Counted from the stretch's first letter, positions 8,741 to 17,275 are shown. The stretch is 64,000 bases of DNA from Eubacteriales bacterium (GCA_041390245.1 JAWKQI010000006.1:19968-83967); one strand, 5' to 3'. Translations and numbers: made by a program. Notes: a model not told the origin generated them from the letters alone.

Positions 8741-9822
8741 CGTTGCGTACCTCTTTTCTGTAAATCGATATGATCTCCTCGGGAAAAATCCGGTATAAAC
8801 CCGGCCGACTTAATTCTGCGTGAAAGGCAGGCAAGGCACTCTGCCGCCTCCTCTCCGGTACAGATCTTATTGTCGTATATGGCATAGTCCTTACGATGTG
8901 CCAAAGGAGAAAGATTGGGCATAACTACGTTCGCACCTGCCTTCATCCCTTTTTCACGCCCCAACGGGTCTACGGTGCCTAACGCGGTTGTAACCGGCAG
9001 CAATACCTTAGGCAGCATAATCCTAATCAGCGGAAGCATCTTAAGCGTATTACTGCTGTTTGGCTTGCAAAACCCGGCAAACCTCGTATCCTTATGTGGT
9101 ATAAACGGCCCGATACCTATCATATGCGGCTGTAAACCTCTTAAAAAAATCAGATCCTCCGCCAGCGTTTCATACGTCTGGAAAGGTGAATCCACCATAA
9201 ATCCGGCCCCAACCTGATACCCTATTTCCTTTAAATCATAAAGGCAGCGCTTACGGTTTTCAAGGCTTAACTCCGGAGGATGAAGCCTTGAGTAGTGCTG
9301 TTTGTCTGCCGTTTCATGGCGTAGCAGATATCTATCTGTACCCGCTTCAAACAAACGTTTATAAGAATCTTTGCTGCGTTCCCCAATAGAAAGCGTAACC
9401 GCACAATCCGGGTAATTCGCCTTGATTCGTGATATTATCTGGCACATACGCTCATCTGTAAAATATGGGTCCTCACCGCTTTGCAGCACAAAAGTGCGAA
9501 ACCCTAACGCGTAGCCATCTCTGCAGCTTTTAAGCACCTCATCTTCTGAAAGCCTGTATCTTGCGGCATCTGTATTACTCCTGCCAAGGCCGCAATAATA
9601 GCAGTCGTTTTTGCAGTAGCTTGAAAATTCTATCAGGCCTCGAAGATATACCTTCCTGCCATAATATATTTCCCTAATATCGTTCGCAAAACAACAAATC
9701 GCTGATAATTCCTCTGTCCCGGCTTCTTTATAAAAAAACCGAATCATTTTTGCAAGCTCTGCTTTTGTAGCAGCGTTCATCCACGCTGAAAAGCTATCTT
9801 TATTATCTAGCTTAAAATCCAT
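8737..9822 (-). CDS. hydE: [FeFe]-hydrogenase radical-SAM maturase HydE
   Basis: 361 aa. Radical-SAM motif CKNDCYYCG. Size and operon context match HydE. Confidence 0.88.
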   Translation of the reverse strand: MDFKLDNKDSFSAWMNAATKAELAKMIRFFYKEAGTEELSAICCFANDIREIYYGRKVYLRGLIEFSSYCKNDCYYCGLGRSNTDAARYRLSEDEVLKSCRDGYALGFRTFVLQSGEDPYFTDERMCQIISRIKANYPDCAVTLSIGERSKDSYKRLFEAGTDRYLLRHETADKQHYSRLHPPELSLENRKRCLYDLKEIGYQVGAGFMVDSPFQTYETLAEDLIFLRGLQPHMIGIGPFIPHKDTRFAGFCKPNSSNTLKMLPLIRIMLPKVLLPVTTALGTVDPLGREKGMKAGANVVMPNLSPLAHRKDYAIYDNKICTGEEAAECLACLSRRIKSAGFIPDFSRGDHIDLQKRGTQR

Positions 9823-9831
9823 CGGCGCCTC

Positions 9832-11283
9832 CTATAAGCGCAGATCACGTTCGCCGTTTTCCAGCCTCTTTAAGTTCTTTTGTATAGCATCATATATAGG
9901 CTCGCCCTTGAATTGTTCGACATGCTGCTTTAGCACCTTCTCGCCTTTTGCTTTGGTTTCTTCAGTCGCATAATCTAAAAGGTATTCTTTCAATGTAAAA
10001 ATAGCGTTTGGAATACAGAAATTATGCACGAACTTGGATTTAGCTACCTTCATGAATTCCTCACCTGTACGCCCTGCACGGTAGCACGCAGTACAGAAGG
10101 AAGGTATGCAGCCCATGTCGCATATCTCTCCTATAACATCGTCCAGCGTCCGTGAATCACCTATGGAAAACTGCTCTGCGTCCGGTAGCTCATTAGCTTT
10201 TTTAGATTTAACATAAGCGCCGACGCCGATACGTGTCCCCGCATCTATTTGTGATACGCCAAGAGGTATAACCTCACGGCGGACACTTTCCGGTTCACGT
10301 GCGGTACATATCATGCCGGTATAAGGGACGGACAGCCGCAGTATTGCAACAAGCTTTTTAAAATCACTGTCGCTGACCGCATATTCTGGATGATCTGAAA
10401 ACGGAGTCCCTGTAGCAGGAGTTATACGCGGGAACGAGATAGTATGCGGCCCTACGCCGTTAAATGTTTCCTCCAGATGTATGGTATGGTATAAAAGCCC
10501 CATGACTTCAAAACGCCAGTCGTACAGCCCGAACAATACGCCAATACCGTTGTCATCCACCTTAGCCTCCTGTGCCCTGTCCATGCTGTAAAGGCGCCAG
10601 CGGTAATGCCCTTTGATAGTGCCTTCCGGATGCATCTCGCGATACGTCTTATGATGGTACGTCTCCTGGAATACCTGGAATGTGCCAATGCCGACTTCTT
10701 TTAGCTTTTTTAGTTCTTCAACGGTCAGCGGTGCACAGTTAATATTTGAGCGGCGGATCTCGCCGTGCTCAGTTTTGGTTGCATAAACCGTCCGTACCGC
10801 ATCACAGATATAATCTATGTTTGTCTTAGGTGATTCCCCAAAAACGAGGATCGTGCGCTTCTGCCCTTCCTCGATCAAAATACGCACTTCTTCAGCTATC
10901 TCATCCATGTTAAGGGTCTTGCGCTTCATTGCGGTATTGCTGGACCTGAAACCGCAGTATTTGCAGTTGTTTGCACATTCATCGCTTATATATAACGGTG
11001 CGAAGAAAACTATGCGGTCTCCATAGACCTCTTCCTTCAACTTATGCGCAAGCTCATACATTTCCTGTATCGTGCTCTCATCCTTATTCTGAATTAGTAT
11101 CGCTGTCTCCTCAGGCTCTAGGCGGATACATTGCTCAGCCTTTTTAAGAACCTTCCGTACGTCCTCTTTAGAAGGGTTGCTCCACTTATTGAGCTGCGCC
11201 CATATCTTATCATCGTCAATAAAATCGTGGTCGAGCTTATCGTATTGTTCAAACTCTTTCTTATATTTGTCTAAAAAATTCAT
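9832..11283 (-). CDS. hydG: [FeFe]-hydrogenase radical-SAM maturase HydG
   Basis: Radical-SAM motif CANNCKYCG plus C-terminal Cys motif CIPSFCTACYR...C. Start moved to MNFLDKYK (ATG at 11283), which has AAAGGAGA 6 nt upstream. The track ORF extends to 11307. Confidence 0.9.
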   Translation of the reverse strand: MNFLDKYKKEFEQYDKLDHDFIDDDKIWAQLNKWSNPSKEDVRKVLKKAEQCIRLEPEETAILIQNKDESTIQEMYELAHKLKEEVYGDRIVFFAPLYISDECANNCKYCGFRSSNTAMKRKTLNMDEIAEEVRILIEEGQKRTILVFGESPKTNIDYICDAVRTVYATKTEHGEIRRSNINCAPLTVEELKKLKEVGIGTFQVFQETYHHKTYREMHPEGTIKGHYRWRLYSMDRAQEAKVDDNGIGVLFGLYDWRFEVMGLLYHTIHLEETFNGVGPHTISFPRITPATGTPFSDHPEYAVSDSDFKKLVAILRLSVPYTGMICTAREPESVRREVIPLGVSQIDAGTRIGVGAYVKSKKANELPDAEQFSIGDSRTLDDVIGEICDMGCIPSFCTACYRAGRTGEEFMKVAKSKFVHNFCIPNAIFTLKEYLLDYATEETKAKGEKVLKQHVEQFKGEPIYDAIQKNLKRLENGERDLRL

Positions 11284-11308
11284 TGCTGTTCTCCTTTCGT
11301 TTACCAAA

Positions 11309-11554
11309 TCAACGTTTGGTAACCATCGATTTTACGGTTGTACCGCTTATTCTTCCAAGTTTTCCGGTAAGGGCGCTTATTTCATCGTTGCTCCCGTCTA
11401 CAATCAGAGTGATTACAGACACCCCGCGTTCCCTGTATGGGATACCCATTCGGCCGACAATTAACGCCGCGTATTCATGCAAAATGGTGTTTACATGCTC
11501 AACGCTCTCCATGTCTTCAATAACAATACCAACGACACCGATTCTTTTTTCCAT
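11309..11554 (-). CDS. TM1266-family putative iron-only hydrogenase system regulator (small ACT/NikR-C-like protein)
   Basis: 81 aa (MEKRIGVVGIVIED...ITLIVDGSNDEISALTGKLG). First gene of the hydG-hydE-aspA-hydF operon, the typical position for this family. Confidence 0.7.
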   Translation of the reverse strand: MEKRIGVVGIVIEDMESVEHVNTILHEYAALIVGRMGIPYRERGVSVITLIVDGSNDEISALTGKLGRISGTTVKSMVTKR

Positions 11555-11580
11555 ATTACGTTACTTCCTTTCTAAATTCT

Positions 11581-11617
11581 AAAATAAAAAGCTCTCTTTT
11601 CTATACGAAAAGAGAGC
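11581..11617 (-). terminator. Intrinsic terminator inside the hyd-maturase leader (candidate attenuator)
   Basis: On the - strand, GCTCTCTTTTC-GTATA-GAAAAGAGAGC (11-bp perfect stem) is followed by TTTTTATTTT. It ends only ~27 nt before the start codon at 11554. Confidence 0.8.
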
Positions 11618-11754
11618 ATATCGACACTTACATATAACCACACATGCCGGATGCGCGCCTTTCCGTTCAGAAATACCCAACGGTCAGGTAATAAATTGAG
11701 CCCTATCTCATCAGGCTTAAGCGAGAAGAGATATTGCAAATGTTTTTCATTTAG

Positions 11755-11783
11755 ATTTTATCACTATACTTATATGCCGTCAA
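11755..11783 (-). promoter_or_regulatory. Sigma-A-type promoter for the hyd maturase operon leader
   Basis: - strand TTGACG, 17 nt, TAAAAT. Overlaps the stop of the upstream flavoredoxin-like ORF. Confidence 0.55.
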
Positions 11784-12272
11784 GAAAGAAACTGTATACT
11801 GCTAAAATCTAAATCTCCGTTTTCTTTAATAAACTCCGGGTCTGCATGTACATATTCTATTTTACCGACAAACATTTCATGCGAACCGGTTTTAATTGAG
11901 TCAACTATACGGCATTCGATATTTACCGGACAATCCTCAAGTATTGGTGCATTTATCTTGACTGCCTCACCCATCCGTGCTCCAGCAGATTTAAGCTTTT
12001 TTCATCCCTGCCGCTATGTGACCTAAATAATCGAACAGTTCTTTATTTGCCTTGCACGTCAGATTCACCACAAAACATCCTGACTCCTTAATAAGCTTAT
12101 ATGAATGGCGCGAAGGAACGATACCTACCATCACCATAGGAGGGTCATAGCTGCAGTTGCAACAGTACGCAACTGCCAATGCATTGTTTTCTCCGTTAGT
12201 TCCTCTGCAGGAAACAAGAACGTTTGGCCTTGGTTGAATACATGATTTAAAATTTGCTGGTTTCTTATTCAT
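11780..12272 (-). pseudogene. Flavin reductase-like (flavoredoxin) gene interrupted by frameshift(s)
   Basis: Two consecutive ORFs (11991-12341 and 11780-11974) together cover a flavin-reductase-like protein. The break sits at an A6 run near nt 11995-12010. The alternative frame there reads SGRDEK and the downstream frame extends back to KKLKSAGARMGE. Likely start MNKKPANF at 12272. Confidence 0.55.
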
Positions 12273-13149
12273 TGATACTTTTCCTTTCACTCTTATTTTG
12301 CAGCTCCGTTGTAAGCCTGTTCCAAAGCTGTTTAATCTCATTAGCTACTTTTTCTATACCAGCCTCTACAGGCGTTTTAAAAGACTGAAGCGCTTTTACG
12401 ATTTTCGGTTCAAACGGTATATGGCCAATAACAGGAATGCCATTTTCCTCACAATATGTTTCAATTTCAGCGGCGATATCCGCGTTCAAATCGTGTTTGT
12501 TTATACATACATAAGCGGGTATAGAAAAATGCTGTGTCACTTTAAGAACCCTTTCTAAGTCACTTTGTCCGGATTTTGTTGGCTCACACACAGCAACGAC
12601 GGCATCTGCTCCCGTAATAGAGGCAATAACCGAACATCCGATGCCAGGTGATCCGTCTATTATCGCCCACTCCTCGCCGCTAATAAAGGCGAACAGGTTT
12701 TCCTTAACTTCTGACACAAGCTTACCAGAGCCTTCTGCGCCTATATCAAGCAACGCATGGGAAAATGTCCCTCGCTCCGTACTGTCTACGTATGTCTCGC
12801 CTGTTTTTACTTCCAGCAGCGAAATCGCATCTACAGGGCAGGCCACCGCGCATGCTCCGCATCCCTCGCACTTCATCGGCTGTATCTCAATATTCTCAGT
12901 AATCGCATCAAACCGGCATACCTCGCGGCACTGCCCGCATGATATGCATTTATTAGGATCAATGGCTGCCTGTTCTGCACCATAGTAATCGTTCTTCTGG
13001 ATGCGTTTCCCGTTCAGCAGCAGGTGAAGATTTGGCGCATCTACATCGCAGTCTGCCATTATCTTATTACGGACAAGCAGGCTAAGTGAAGCCACAATCG
13101 TACTTTTTCCTGTTCCTCCCTTTCCGCTTATAAACACAATCTGTTTCAT
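12265..13149 (-). CDS. MinD/ParA-family P-loop ATPase with two 4Fe-4S ferredoxin motifs
   Basis: 294 aa. Deviant Walker A SGKGGTGKST. Ferredoxin motifs CISCGQCREVC and CEGCGACAVACP. Confidence 0.85.
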   Translation of the reverse strand: MKQIVFISGKGGTGKSTIVASLSLLVRNKIMADCDVDAPNLHLLLNGKRIQKNDYYGAEQAAIDPNKCISCGQCREVCRFDAITENIEIQPMKCEGCGACAVACPVDAISLLEVKTGETYVDSTERGTFSHALLDIGAEGSGKLVSEVKENLFAFISGEEWAIIDGSPGIGCSVIASITGADAVVAVCEPTKSGQSDLERVLKVTQHFSIPAYVCINKHDLNADIAAEIETYCEENGIPVIGHIPFEPKIVKALQSFKTPVEAGIEKVANEIKQLWNRLTTELQNKSERKSINE

Positions 13150-13976
13150 GGCTCACCGCCTCCCTTTATCTTATCATATAGCCAAACAAATTCTTCTCTC
13201 AGCTCTTTTAGCATTTTTATAGGGAGTATGCCTTTTGAGTAGCACTCTGCGATTTCGCGCATATACGGAATTTCCATTAATACGTCAATACCTTGCTGTT
13301 TACAATATTCCTGTATGCTTTGATCCTCCTGCATAGCCTTATTTATTACAATACCGAAGGAAATCCCCATTTTTCTCACCAGTGAAACGGCAATCTTTAA
13401 ATCATGTAGTCCAAAGGGCGTAGGTTCAGTTACCAATATGCAGTAATCGCAGCCGTCTATTGTCTGTACAACTGTACACGAAGCACCAGGCGAACAATCT
13501 AATATCACAGGAATATCTTTACGCAGGTACTGCTTTAATTTACGTATAATCGGGATCGTAATAGGCTCTCCTATGTTGAGCCTCCCTTGAAGAAAGCTTC
13601 CATCACCGCCGGCTTCCACTACCCCGATTTCTCTTTCAACTTCCGATATGGCTTTTTTCGGGCAGGCGATTACGCATGCGCCGCAATGGTGGCAGACCTC
13701 CGGAAAAATCAACACCTTATTTTTGACAACGGCTATGGCATTAAACCTGCAGGTCTTGCCACAAATACCGCATCCATTACATTTAGTTTCATCAACTTTT
13801 GGTACGAGAACGTTTACAGGCACAGTATGCTCTATTTTAGGGTTCAAGAATAGCGCACCGTTTGGTTCTTCTACATCGCAGTCTACATATTGGCTGCTTT
13901 TAAGCGAAGCGGCAAGGCTGGCTGAAACCGTTGTCTTACCAGTGCCTCCTTTTCCGCTCAAAACTGCGATCTTCAT
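13146..13976 (-). CDS. MinD/ParA-family P-loop ATPase with two 4Fe-4S ferredoxin motifs (paralog)
   Basis: 276 aa. Walker A SGKGGTGKTT. Ferredoxin motifs CNGCGICGKTC and CHHCGACVIACP. 4-nt overlap with the downstream paralog. Confidence 0.85.
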   Translation of the reverse strand: MKIAVLSGKGGTGKTTVSASLAASLKSSQYVDCDVEEPNGALFLNPKIEHTVPVNVLVPKVDETKCNGCGICGKTCRFNAIAVVKNKVLIFPEVCHHCGACVIACPKKAISEVEREIGVVEAGGDGSFLQGRLNIGEPITIPIIRKLKQYLRKDIPVILDCSPGASCTVVQTIDGCDYCILVTEPTPFGLHDLKIAVSLVRKMGISFGIVINKAMQEDQSIQEYCKQQGIDVLMEIPYMREIAECYSKGILPIKMLKELREEFVWLYDKIKGGGEP

Positions 13977-14344
13977 TATTTTTCTCCCATTCCAAAGTGT
14001 GATGGTACTGCCGTGTTTATTTTCTCAAGCGCTTCTTTTTTTAATAGTTCCACATTTTCTTTTACACAATCAGCATTCCCCTTATATATCTCGATACCGG
14101 CTGCTCTGAGCACATTCATAGCATTAGGTCCTACGTTTCCTGTTATAACCGCCTCTACGCCTTTATCTGCAACCAACTGTGCAGCGGATATACCTGCCCC
14201 TCCCGAAGATACTGCTGCTATGTTATCAATAACTTCATAATTTAAAGTTTCGGTTTCAATAATGATGAAGTTAGCCGCCCTTCCGAATCTTTTATCCATT
14301 TGGCTTTCCATTGTATTACCTTTTGCAGATACTGCAATTTTCAT
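13976..14344 (-). CDS. NifB/NifX-family (dinitrogenase FeMo-cofactor-binding domain) protein
   Basis: 122 aa: FGRAANFIIIETE...GGAGISAAQLVADKGVEAVITGNVGPNA...GIEIY. Confidence 0.8.
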   Translation of the reverse strand: MKIAVSAKGNTMESQMDKRFGRAANFIIIETETLNYEVIDNIAAVSSGGAGISAAQLVADKGVEAVITGNVGPNAMNVLRAAGIEIYKGNADCVKENVELLKKEALEKINTAVPSHFGMGEK

Positions 14345-14404
14345 TTAATCTCTCCTTTCGTTCATATCATAACCATAGATTTATTGTCTTATGACCACAA
14401 CCTA

Positions 14405-14432
14405 ATTATATCCAATTATGAGCATATGTCAA
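14405..14432 (-). promoter_or_regulatory. Promoter of the NifX-like/MinD-like operon
   Basis: - strand TTGACA, 16 nt, TATAAT. Confidence 0.55.
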
Positions 14433-14490
14433 TAACATTTTTGGTCTAAATAAATGGTCTAGCGATATAATTTGCATTTTCAATTGCTGT

Positions 14491-14519
14491 GTAAACAAAA
14501 AAGCACTGCTAACAGTGCT
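14491..14519 (-). terminator. Intrinsic terminator downstream of the VanW-family gene
   Basis: - strand AGCACTG-TTAG-CAGTGCT followed by TTTTTTGTTT. Confidence 0.65.
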
Positions 14520-14602
14520 TTTGATTTTTCAGGAAATAAAATTTGTAATATAAAACCTGCTTTATTGTTATAAAATACACTAAAGCAGGTTAATAAGCTA
14601 TA

Positions 14603-16312
14603 TTATGGGGTCGGCGATGTCGTTGGTGACGTAGTTGGTGACGTCGTCGGCGATGTCGTCGGTGATGTCGTTGGTGGGACCTCAGCCGGATCTGGGCCGT
14701 TTACATAAGTCGTTCCGTTTATCGGCCTCCATTGGTAATAGGTAAATTTCTCGACATTAAGTTCAGTTCCGTCAAGTGATAAAGTATGTTTATATGTCTG
14801 CGCTTTTCTACCCGGCCGTGCTTCGGCGTATACTACAGATCCTCCTTCCGGAATTGGAGTTCCATCATATGATACTGTTGCATTATAAACGTAATTCATA
14901 ACTGGAGTGTTGCCATACGCTCCCAAGTTGTCCGATGTGTATGTAAGTATAACATCTCCATATTTATCGTCTACAACTGTTTGCCCGTATATCTCAACCG
15001 TTACATTTTTATCCTTCGGGTTTATATAAGATACGATATATATAGGTGTGCTTTGATTATTCTTTATCTTTAAATCAGGTGCACCGGAGCTTATAGTCGC
15101 ATCCAGCCCAAGTGGAATATAACCTGATATTATTGAATGGTGGGTAGAATCTGTAATTTCCAAATCTGACCTTATCGCAGCATTATAAAGCGTACTAGAA
15201 ATCTGGCAAACGCCGCCGCCCGGTTGATCGGTATATCCACCGTTTTCTATACCTGCTGCTGCTTTCCAGCCCGCAGCTAATGTTCTGTTCCCTGCCGTAT
15301 CGTTTATAGACCATTCTGTATCCGGTTCAATCACCTGGCCGTTTATAATGCCGGACAGCTTTGCAACGTTCCATGTTCTTGTTGAAGTCGCATGTGTCGA
15401 ATAACTAGACGTCCAAGATGAAATCAGCTGCGTAGATTTTTTTACGTCTTCTAAGGTTACATTAGGCTCGGTAACTTCGGCATCCACTTTTATAGTAGAA
15501 AAATCGTTCTCTTTAACCGCGTTTAATACCTCGTTTATTATGGTGTTCATATCAACAGAAAGCCCTGTTACCGCATCCGTATACTGAAAACGTGATATCT
15601 TTGCATCGTTCGGTATATAATCGTCTACATAGGCAGTGTTTTTCCAATACTCATATCTATATTTATTAGGCATCTGGTCTGCAGAAATCGTTACAAGATT
15701 CGGGCGTTCCCACGTTTTGCCGCTAGCGGCGGCTTCTATCATAGTTTGTTCGTCTTGCTCGTATAAGGTTCCGTCTGCAAGATATCCCCATGGCGCAAAG
15801 ACAGCAGTCGCATCCTGCGCTTCTCTATTAAATTCATCTTCCTTGGCCAAAATTGCAGCTTTAACATCTTCTTCTACAGCAACAGCTTTAACTATAAAGT
15901 CTTTCCCTTTGCTTTTCGCAGTATTCGTCTCCATCCACCTGGTAAACAACGATCCCGTATTTCCGTAGTTGATAGCTGACGTTATTACATCGTCATAATC
16001 AGTTGTAAACCCAAGGTCTTTTGCAGTAAAGTTGATTACCTCTACATCTACATCAATGTTTATTTCTAAATCATTAAGTACTTGGTCCGGCAGTTCAGAC
16101 GTTGCTTCCAGTGCTTCTTCTTTTGTCATTCCCGATATATCAATACCATTAACAGTTATACCGTTTAATGCTATTCTATTGCTTACGGCTGCTTCACTTT
16201 CTGATGGAGTAATAACAAATAATACAATAAATGCAATCAAAAGCACAGAGAATACAGAACCTACTGTAATTAAAACTTTTTTATTAATTTTGATATTTTT
16301 TAATAAGTCCAT
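14603..16312 (-). CDS. VanW-family cell-wall associated protein with N-terminal TM anchor and C-terminal (TTSP)n tail
   Basis: 569 aa. N-terminal hydrophobic helix. VanW-type core (GGGVCQISSTLYNA...). C-terminus is PPTTSPTTSPTTSPTTSPTTSPTP. Confidence 0.75.
   Translation of the reverse strand: MDLLKNIKINKKVLITVGSVFSVLLIAFIVLFVITPSESEAAVSNRIALNGITVNGIDISGMTKEEALEATSELPDQVLNDLEINIDVDVEVINFTAKDLGFTTDYDDVITSAINYGNTGSLFTRWMETNTAKSKGKDFIVKAVAVEEDVKAAILAKEDEFNREAQDATAVFAPWGYLADGTLYEQDEQTMIEAAASGKTWERPNLVTISADQMPNKYRYEYWKNTAYVDDYIPNDAKISRFQYTDAVTGLSVDMNTIINEVLNAVKENDFSTIKVDAEVTEPNVTLEDVKKSTQLISSWTSSYSTHATSTRTWNVAKLSGIINGQVIEPDTEWSINDTAGNRTLAAGWKAAAGIENGGYTDQPGGGVCQISSTLYNAAIRSDLEITDSTHHSIISGYIPLGLDATISSGAPDLKIKNNQSTPIYIVSYINPKDKNVTVEIYGQTVVDDKYGDVILTYTSDNLGAYGNTPVMNYVYNATVSYDGTPIPEGGSVVYAEARPGRKAQTYKHTLSLDGTELNVEKFTYYQWRPINGTTYVNGPDPAEVPPTTSPTTSPTTSPTTSPTTSPTP
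14613..14672 (-). repeat. Five imperfect 12-nt tandem repeats encoding (TTSP)5
   Basis: + strand reads ggcgatgtcgtt ggtgacgtagtt ggtgacgtcgtc ggcgatgtcgtc ggtgatgtcgtt. Confidence 0.9.
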
Positions 16313-16480
16313 AGATATCTTCCTTTATAGCTGGTAATTATTTAAATTATAAATTATTTCTTTACATAACTATATAGACGGCAAATCTATTTAAAATGTT
16401 TTATTTTGCTAAAATATTTTTTATTTTAATGCTTGCCCGCTTATATACTTGAGTATTTTACCATAAAAATGTATTTTCAA

Positions 16481-16520
16481 CAATAAAAATAAAAAACAGA
16501 GCAAAAATTTTTGCTCTGTT
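16481..16520 (-). terminator. Intrinsic terminator after folT
   Basis: 13-bp stem AACAGAGCAAAAA/TTTTTGCTCTGTT, followed on the - strand by TTTTTTATTTTT. Confidence 0.75.
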
Positions 16521-16534
16521 TTTCACTGAAATTT

Positions 16535-17068
16535 TTACAAGTTTTGATCCGGCATCAAATTAGCTTTTTTAAGTGCTATCGAAATATAATATATAAGTAA
16601 AGAATATACCGGAATCGTTATAAGTGTAACCACCGCCCTTGGGAAAAACAGGTCTCCGTACGACAAATCATAAAGCAGGGCTATCCAAAGCGTTTGAAGA
16701 AACATTGAACATAATATCTGTGTTGTAGCAACAGCTACGAGGACCTTTGCCCAAACTTTTTTTGTCTTTATAACTTTTACGATCAAAAACGGTATTATAC
16801 CGACAAGCATACTGGTTATAGTTATTGGCGGGAAATATGCCCCGCTCGGAAAGATTACATAGCCTAAAACATCAGCCAAAGCCCCCGTGACCATACCAAA
16901 ATATGGCCCTAAGGCTATACTTGCCAAGATAATAGGTACAAAGCCTATCGCTAATCTTGCACCCGGTATACCGGCAATCATCAGATACGTTGAAAAAACT
17001 CTTGTTAGTACGATGCTAAGGGCAATTAAAAGCCCTGCGGCAACTACTTTGTAAACTTTTTTGTTCAA
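16535..17068 (-). CDS. folT: ECF transporter S component, folate family
   Basis: Multi-pass membrane protein. Start reassigned to TTG at 17068 (AAGGAGG 8 nt upstream). Lies directly downstream of a THF riboswitch and folC. Confidence 0.75.
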   Translation of the reverse strand: MNKKVYKVVAAGLLIALSIVLTRVFSTYLMIAGIPGARLAIGFVPIILASIALGPYFGMVTGALADVLGYVIFPSGAYFPPITITSMLVGIIPFLIVKVIKTKKVWAKVLVAVATTQILCSMFLQTLWIALLYDLSYGDLFFPRAVVTLITIPVYSLLIYYISIALKKANLMPDQNL

Positions 17069-17149
17069 AATAAAAATCCTCCTTTTCTTAGATTTCACAG
17101 AAATATAGCTGCAAATCAAAGGAGAATATTTTTCTCTTTTTTATTGCAG

Positions 17150-17247
17150 CACAGCGGAATGCAACATTGAATCGTGGGCCTTAAATACCCTTCGTTTAAA
17201 GGCGACTTCCCATCCTTTAACACTTGACGCTCAATATTTACTCTGTG
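17150..17247 (-). promoter_or_regulatory. THF (tetrahydrofolate) riboswitch
   Basis: The - strand sequence is CACAGAGUAAAUAUUGAGCGUCAAGUGUUAAAGGAUGGGAAGUCGCCUUUAAACGAAGGGUAUUUAAGGCCCACGAUUCAAUGUUGCAUUCCGCUGUG. This tracks the THF-riboswitch consensus blocks as I recall them (AGAGUAG, GCGUUAAGUG, AUGGGAUGUCG, ACGAAG, UUGCAUCCGCU). It lies upstream of folT. Confidence 0.8.
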
Positions 17248-17275
17248 CATCTCTTTGTTAATTTACTAAATATAT

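Noticed and set aside
11555-11750. Attempt to name the hyd-operon leader as a TPP riboswitch or a hammerhead (CUGAUGAG, ACCUGA...hairpin...AAAGG)
   Set aside because: Only fragments match. There is no GGGG/ACCC P2 pairing and no GCG-AGGGA pyrophosphate-helix motif for TPP, and no complementary stem II before a GAAA for a hammerhead. It is left as an unassigned attenuator.
14613-14672. Short tandem repeats as a CRISPR-like array
   Set aside because: The units are 12 nt, contiguous without spacers, in frame, and lie inside a coding sequence ((TTSP)5).
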